From a virus (lineage: Duplodnaviria > Heunggongvirae > Uroviricota > Caudoviricetes): a stretch of DNA of 33,800 bases. The position numbers and the translations under genes are program-made. The notes under the pieces are model-generated. The model was given only the letters and a program-made list of their open reading frames with translations, did no database searches and was not told the origin of the DNA. Shown here piece by piece: positions 29,427 through 33,800 of this stretch (position 1 is the stretch's first letter; each line of letters starts with the position of its first letter). The stretch lies in IMG/VR virus record IMGVR_UViG_3300028561_000525; one strand, 5' to 3'.

Positions 29427-30221
29427 ATGATTATGATACGGGGAGAAATCAGAAAGGTTCTCCAAGACCCCAAAGTACAAGTGGGGTTTGAAATAGAATG
29501 TATCTTTCCGTCTGTTTTTCGGAATGAGGGGTATAAAACGAAACCCGATATATCCAAAATTGCGTATTCCTATTTCAAGGCGCCAAGATTACCATTCGAT
29601 TATGTAATAAAGGACTATCATCACTATTACAATAAGAAGAAATGGATTATCAAGAGTGATAATAGTGTGGGTGATGCCGGATTGGAGTTGGTTTCGCCTG
29701 TTATGCCGCTAAAAGAATATCTTGAGATTTGTCCGTTTATATTTTCTCATATGAAAAAGGTGGGGGCCGTAACTGATAATAAATGTGGTTTTCACTTGGG
29801 CATTTCCTTGAAGGATAGAGGATGGTATAATAAGATAGATGTTATGAAATTGGGTCTTTTTGTGGATGAGAACGAGATATATGAGTTCTTTCCGATGAGA
29901 AAGAATAATACTTTTTGTGAGAGTGTTCATAAGGACATAAAGAAAGTATTCAGGAAAAGAGTGGGAGATTTCATTGTTGAAAATTATAAAGTGAAGCCCG
30001 TTTTCAGCGAAAATCACTATATGGGGATAAATCTACAGCATCTCAAGGGAAAAAACAAGTATATTGAATTCAGATATATCGGGGGCCGGGATTACCACAA
30101 GAAGTGGAAGGAAATAAAATATCTGACAGCGAAATTTATTCTGGCTATAAGAAAAGCCTGTGATGAAAATACTGATTATGAATATATCCTGAAGGTTCGG
30201 GATTTAAGAAGGGGTAATTGA
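29427..30221 (+). CDS. Putative amidoligase (COOH-NH2 ligase type 2, Amidoligase_2-like)
   Basis: VGFEIE, SDNSV, GLELVSP, CGFHLGIS, HYMGINL, IEFRY. Confidence 0.85.
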   Translation: MIMIRGEIRKVLQDPKVQVGFEIECIFPSVFRNEGYKTKPDISKIAYSYFKAPRLPFDYVIKDYHHYYNKKKWIIKSDNSVGDAGLELVSPVMPLKEYLEICPFIFSHMKKVGAVTDNKCGFHLGISLKDRGWYNKIDVMKLGLFVDENEIYEFFPMRKNNTFCESVHKDIKKVFRKRVGDFIVENYKVKPVFSENHYMGINLQHLKGKNKYIEFRYIGGRDYHKKWKEIKYLTAKFILAIRKACDENTDYEYILKVRDLRRGN

Positions 30222-30222
30222 A

Positions 30223-30480
30223 ATGCCGTTATGTGAGAAATGTAGAAAATTTTATCCGCCCGGATTTGTCGAGAGGCGGCCAGAAGGTAAATTATGTATC
30301 TTCTGTGAAAAGGGTGTAGAGGAAATCCGTTACGGAGAAAATAATGAACTGGTTGCTAAAAGAGTGGATATAATTCTTGAGTATCAGAAATATCTTCGAT
30401 TGGTACGGGAGAAAAATGAAAATATAGAGCTTTTGAAAAGAGGCAAACTGGAAATTCCAGAAAAATTCAGAAAGGAGTGA
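30223..30480 (+). CDS. Zn-finger hypothetical protein
   Basis: CEKC...CIFC. Confidence 0.6.
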   Translation: MPLCEKCRKFYPPGFVERRPEGKLCIFCEKGVEEIRYGENNELVAKRVDIILEYQKYLRLVREKNENIELLKRGKLEIPEKFRKE

Positions 30481-30485
30481 TTTAT

Positions 30486-31010
30486 ATGAGGTCGCTGGAA
30501 AGCGCGAGGGTTCTTCTTTTGAACGCTGACTACACTCCATTGGGTGTAATCGGTGGTAGGAAGGCGGTAAAATTGATGGCGAAGGGTAAGGTAGAGGTTG
30601 TCAAAGCAACTGATATCTTGATCCATAATATGGAAAAGACTGTGAAGTTTCTCTTACCAAAGATCCTTCGTTTGATCAAGTTCATCAGAACCTTGTTCAA
30701 AACAAAAGTTCCCTTCAACAAGAGGCACGTTCTTCTTCGTGACAACTATACTTGTGCCTATTGCGGTAAAAGGAGCACAACTCATATGTCACTCGACCAC
30801 ATCGTTCCAAAGGCGAAAGGTGGTAAGTCCACATTTGAGAATGTCGTAACTTCTTGTGTTCCTTGTAACCAGAAGAAGGATAACAGGCTTCCTTCACAGG
30901 CAAATATGTTTCCAAGATACAGGGCTTACGAGCCAACCATAATGGAGTTCATCAGGATGCAAATTAAGCGTCTTGGTATGGAAGAAGCCCTGAAGGAATT
31001 GGGTTGGTAA
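30486..31010 (+). CDS. HNH endonuclease (McrA/HNH_5-like)
   Basis: LLLNADYTPL, RDNYTCAYCG, DHIVPKAKGG..TFENVVTSCVPCNQKK. Confidence 0.9.
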   Translation: MRSLESARVLLLNADYTPLGVIGGRKAVKLMAKGKVEVVKATDILIHNMEKTVKFLLPKILRLIKFIRTLFKTKVPFNKRHVLLRDNYTCAYCGKRSTTHMSLDHIVPKAKGGKSTFENVVTSCVPCNQKKDNRLPSQANMFPRYRAYEPTIMEFIRMQIKRLGMEEALKELGW

Positions 31011-31017
31011 ACAACGG

Positions 31018-31104
31018 GGATTGTAATGTGATGGCTGAAGAGGCTCTGTCGAGTGCGTCATACAGTAAGGCACCTCTGCTTGTATGATTATCACATTACA
31101 ATCC
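31018..31104 (+). other. Long stem-loop (15-bp perfect stem) with internal pairings
   Basis: GGATTGTAATGTGAT / ATCACATTACAATCC. Confidence 0.7.
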
Positions 31105-31114
31105 TTTATCTTTA

Positions 31115-31143
31115 TTTACCTCGTATCAAAAATATGGTATAAT
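31115..31143 (+). promoter_or_regulatory. Early promoter TTTACC-N17-TATAAT for the E1-JAB operon
   Basis: TTTACCtcgtatcaaaaatatggTATAAT. Confidence 0.75.
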
Positions 31144-31171
31144 ATATAATAATTTGTGAAAGGAAAATGTA

Positions 31172-31762
31172 ATGGACAATTTGTATACCAGACAAAGTTC
31201 TCTTGACCTGAACATCAATCAATCAATCACCGTTGTTGGTTGTGGTGGTATCGGATATTGGGTGGCAAAATTTGCCGCTATGTCCGGTATAGAAAAGATG
31301 TATCTGTTTGACCCCGATGCCTTTGAGGAACACAACTTGAACAGGATTGATATTCCGGTGGAGGCTCTCGGTGTAAACAAGGCTCAGGTAACCAAATCGG
31401 TTATCAACCGTATCAGGCCAAGTGCAACAGTTCTTGCCTTTCCTTTCATCCTTCAGGAACACACATTTCCCCATTCAGATTGGATTGTGGATTGTACTGA
31501 CAAGTTCGCCTCACAGCAGACAAACGAAGAAATAGCCCGGAAATTTGGGGCCCGTTATATGAAGGCCGGTTATAACGGTGAGGATATGAGTATACACAAT
31601 GTTGTAGCGGAGTGGGGAGAAGCACAGGACGGTTATACAATTGTTCCTTCTTGGATTGTTCCTGCTACTATTGTGGCGGCCCTTACTGTCGCAAAAATAC
31701 TGAAATACAATAACGCTGAGGTAGCAACGACTGTAGAGAAGTTATTCAGATGGAGAAGATAA
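31172..31762 (+). CDS. E1/ThiF-family adenylating enzyme
   Basis: VVGCGGIG, FDPD.FEEHNLNR, NKAQ, IVDCTD; AAGGA SD. Confidence 0.92.
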   Translation: MDNLYTRQSSLDLNINQSITVVGCGGIGYWVAKFAAMSGIEKMYLFDPDAFEEHNLNRIDIPVEALGVNKAQVTKSVINRIRPSATVLAFPFILQEHTFPHSDWIVDCTDKFASQQTNEEIARKFGARYMKAGYNGEDMSIHNVVAEWGEAQDGYTIVPSWIVPATIVAALTVAKILKYNNAEVATTVEKLFRWRR

Positions 31763-32589
31763 TAATGATTATAAAGAGACTTATCGGTGGTAGGTGGGTT
31801 GAGCAGAAAATTCCCAACACGAAAATTATATCCGCAGCAACATCCAATGAACCAGATGAATGGGAGACAAAGGTAGAGTGTGTTACGGAATGCAGTAAGG
31901 CCCCAAAGGAAATAATTGTATACTTTGACCCGATTGTAATGGCCAAGGTCGAAACCCTGATGAAAAAGTATACCAGTAGGGAATGGCTCGGTTACCTGAT
32001 TGGTAAACCGGATAAACCTCATCATATACTGGATTTGGTCATTCCCGTGCAGACGGCGACCTCGGTTCACATTGATGAAGTGGTTTTTCCTCAACTGGAA
32101 GATGGCTACAAGGTTATCGGTGTTATGCACTCTCATCACAATATGGGTTGTGGGTTTTCCGGTACGGACGATAAATGGATAAATCAGAACCACGATATTT
32201 CCGTTCTTGTCACCCATTCTGATATGAAAATCCAAGTCAGAATATCCGTTCCCTGTGGAGCCAAGAAAATTATGGATGCCAAGGCTAAAATAAATTACAA
32301 TCTTGACTACGATGACGAGGCTTTTATCAAACAGGCTGAAGAGAATATCCGTGACAAGAAATACAGTTCACCAACTACTTATCAGGGTGGGGATAGCTGG
32401 TATCACCGCTATTGTGGTAACGAGGATGATTATTTTGATGGGTACTACGGTATTAGCAGACATAATGAAAGAAGGCAGCCTCAACCATCTCTTCCCTTGG
32501 AAACAGCTGAAAAGGAATTATCTCTGGAAGATGAGCTGATGAAAGAGTTTTTTGAAAATAGTGATGAAAATACATCTACAATCCTGTAA
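31750..32589 (+). CDS. JAB/MPN+ metalloprotease (deubiquitinase-like) with acidic C-terminal tail
   Basis: EWLGYL...HSHHNMGCGFSGTD (JAMM E-Xn-HxH-X7-S-X2-D); start may be ATG 31765. Confidence 0.9.
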   Translation: MEKIIMIIKRLIGGRWVEQKIPNTKIISAATSNEPDEWETKVECVTECSKAPKEIIVYFDPIVMAKVETLMKKYTSREWLGYLIGKPDKPHHILDLVIPVQTATSVHIDEVVFPQLEDGYKVIGVMHSHHNMGCGFSGTDDKWINQNHDISVLVTHSDMKIQVRISVPCGAKKIMDAKAKINYNLDYDDEAFIKQAEENIRDKKYSSPTTYQGGDSWYHRYCGNEDDYFDGYYGISRHNERRQPQPSLPLETAEKELSLEDELMKEFFENSDENTSTIL

Positions 32590-32611
32590 AACTGTAAAAT
32601 ATAGATAAATG

Positions 32612-32648
32612 AAAGGGGTTATTGATTTGATGGTCATAACCCCTTTTT
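32612..32648 (+). terminator. Intrinsic terminator closing the E1-JAB operon
   Basis: AAAGGGGTTAT / ATAACCCCTTT plus T run. Confidence 0.8.
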
Positions 32649-32813
32649 TCTGCATAAAAAATCATAAATAATTTTGATAATAAAACTTGTATTTTACAAA
32701 AATCTATATATTCCTCAACCTCACAAGTAATTTGTATTTTATCACATAATTTTTGGATTGTAAATACGGATGGATTTTTGTATGGAAAAAATGATAGTTT
32801 TGGGGGAAGATAT

Positions 32814-33101
32814 ATGTCAAGAATAGAAAAGAGGCTCGATGAGGCCAGAAAGATGATTACCGACAGGATGGTGGACAGACTTGCGGCGGGGATCCAAGAT
32901 TTCTATGAAAAAGAAGCGAAAAAGATTGATGCCAAGATAGTAGCAATGGTTCACAAAGCCAGGAAAGAGCTCGGTCTGAAGAAAACGCCATATCTGGAAA
33001 TGGATTATTATGGCTCTTTATTTGAACTTGCCAATTCACAGGATGTAAGGCAAGAGTTGAGAAGTATGATTTATGACGAAGTGGAAGATGAGGAATATTG
33101 A
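32814..33101 (+). CDS. Small acidic protein, paralog A (MSRIEKRLDE...)
   Basis: Shares VHKARK.LGL, YYGS and SQDVRQ.LR.MI with the next gene. Confidence 0.75.
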   Translation: MSRIEKRLDEARKMITDRMVDRLAAGIQDFYEKEAKKIDAKIVAMVHKARKELGLKKTPYLEMDYYGSLFELANSQDVRQELRSMIYDEVEDEEY

Positions 33102-33112
33102 GGAGAGAATAT

Positions 33113-33379
33113 ATGCCAAAAGGACGAGAAATTACAGAAAGAGAGATAGATGATTACGCGGCTGATATTCAAGAGGCCTTTGAAGAAATGGCTCAGGTAC
33201 TCGATGATAAGCTGGTAAAACTGGTTCACAAAGCGAGAAAACAACTTGGACTTCCAAGAAGGGATATGGAAGTGGGTTATTATGGTTCTGCATACGAGCA
33301 CGCGACTTCACAGGATGTAAGACAGGCGCTAAGAGATATGATTTTTGATGAAATGGAAGATGAACAGGACGAGTATTGA
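33113..33379 (+). CDS. Small acidic protein, paralog B (MPKGREITE...)
   Basis: AGGAG SD; paralog of the previous gene. Confidence 0.75.
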   Translation: MPKGREITEREIDDYAADIQEAFEEMAQVLDDKLVKLVHKARKQLGLPRRDMEVGYYGSAYEHATSQDVRQALRDMIFDEMEDEQDEY

Positions 33380-33800
33380 TGAGGCTCAAAAGATATCTCA
33401 AAGAAGAGTTTATTGGTACATACAAATATGGTGGGAAGTTTACGGAGGTCTACAGAAACCCAAATCCCAATGAAATAAGGTTTATGCCCACCATATATCA
33501 GGAACCAAATCATCCGGAACTTATGGATTGTTCCATCAGGTTTCTTGCCCTCGGCTCAAAACAGAAACTCTTTATATGGGCATCTGAAGGCGGTGTTCAT
33601 TATTATGTCCTTGAATGGCTAATGAAAAAAGGTGAAATACCGGAGGATGTGTATGGTCAGGAACCGGCCGACATTGTTTCTGGATATGCCTCACCACAGG
33701 GTAGCAGGATGAAATTTGAGAGGGGATACGGTCTTGGAACCCGTGGCTACGATATTTCCAGAGATGTATGGCATTGGCTCGGAAAATATTTCGTCAATAT
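33379..33800 (+). CDS. Hypothetical protein with N-terminal MRLKRYLKE motif (runs off the window)
   Basis: Manual translation: MRLKRYLKEEFIGTYKYGGKFTEVYRNPNPNE..., open to the window end; TGATG overlap. Confidence 0.7.
   Translation, partial: MRLKRYLKEEFIGTYKYGGKFTEVYRNPNPNEIRFMPTIYQEPNHPELMDCSIRFLALGSKQKLFIWASEGGVHYYVLEWLMKKGEIPEDVYGQEPADIVSGYASPQGSRMKFERGYGLGTRGYDISRDVWHWLGKYFVN

Noticed and set aside
31033-31090. Hammerhead ribozyme (CTGAAGA matches CUGANGA)
   Set aside because: The required GAAA after stem II is missing

Overview
A segment of a large T4-like (Tevenvirinae-like or jumbo) phage genome using the standard genetic code. The host is probably a Desulfobacterota (deltaproteobacterium), inferred from PxxKW genes, an AtpZ-like gene pair and the tmRNA tag. 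The left 15 kb (minus strand) is a replication and nucleotide-metabolism block: HU, clamp loader gp44/gp62, clamp gp45, a gp59-like gene, gp32 SSB, GIY-YIG, MazG-like, HAD, Holliday junction resolvase, RNase H and the start of a ribonucleotide reductase. It also carries two glycosyltransferases and many small proteins with a shared N-terminal basic...L-T-E motif. From 15.1 kb the plus strand carries tmRNA and 33 recognisable tRNAs (19 amino acids, no Arg). These are interleaved with more than a dozen tRNA-sized structured non-tRNA elements and with cargo genes (bL12-like, phosphoesterase, RlaP-like nucleotidyltransferase, methyltransferase, PLP enzyme, SLOG, DUF932, histone-like protein). A RimK-like ligase, an amidoligase, an HNH nuclease, an E1/ThiF and a JAB protease follow. 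The main candidate novel system is a phage-encoded ubiquitin-like conjugation pathway split over two loci: Ubl (ending DVAG-F) plus a single-Cys E2-like protein next to the sliding clamp, and E1 plus JAB 19 kb away. Family assignments come from motif recognition by eye; no database searches or folding programs were run.
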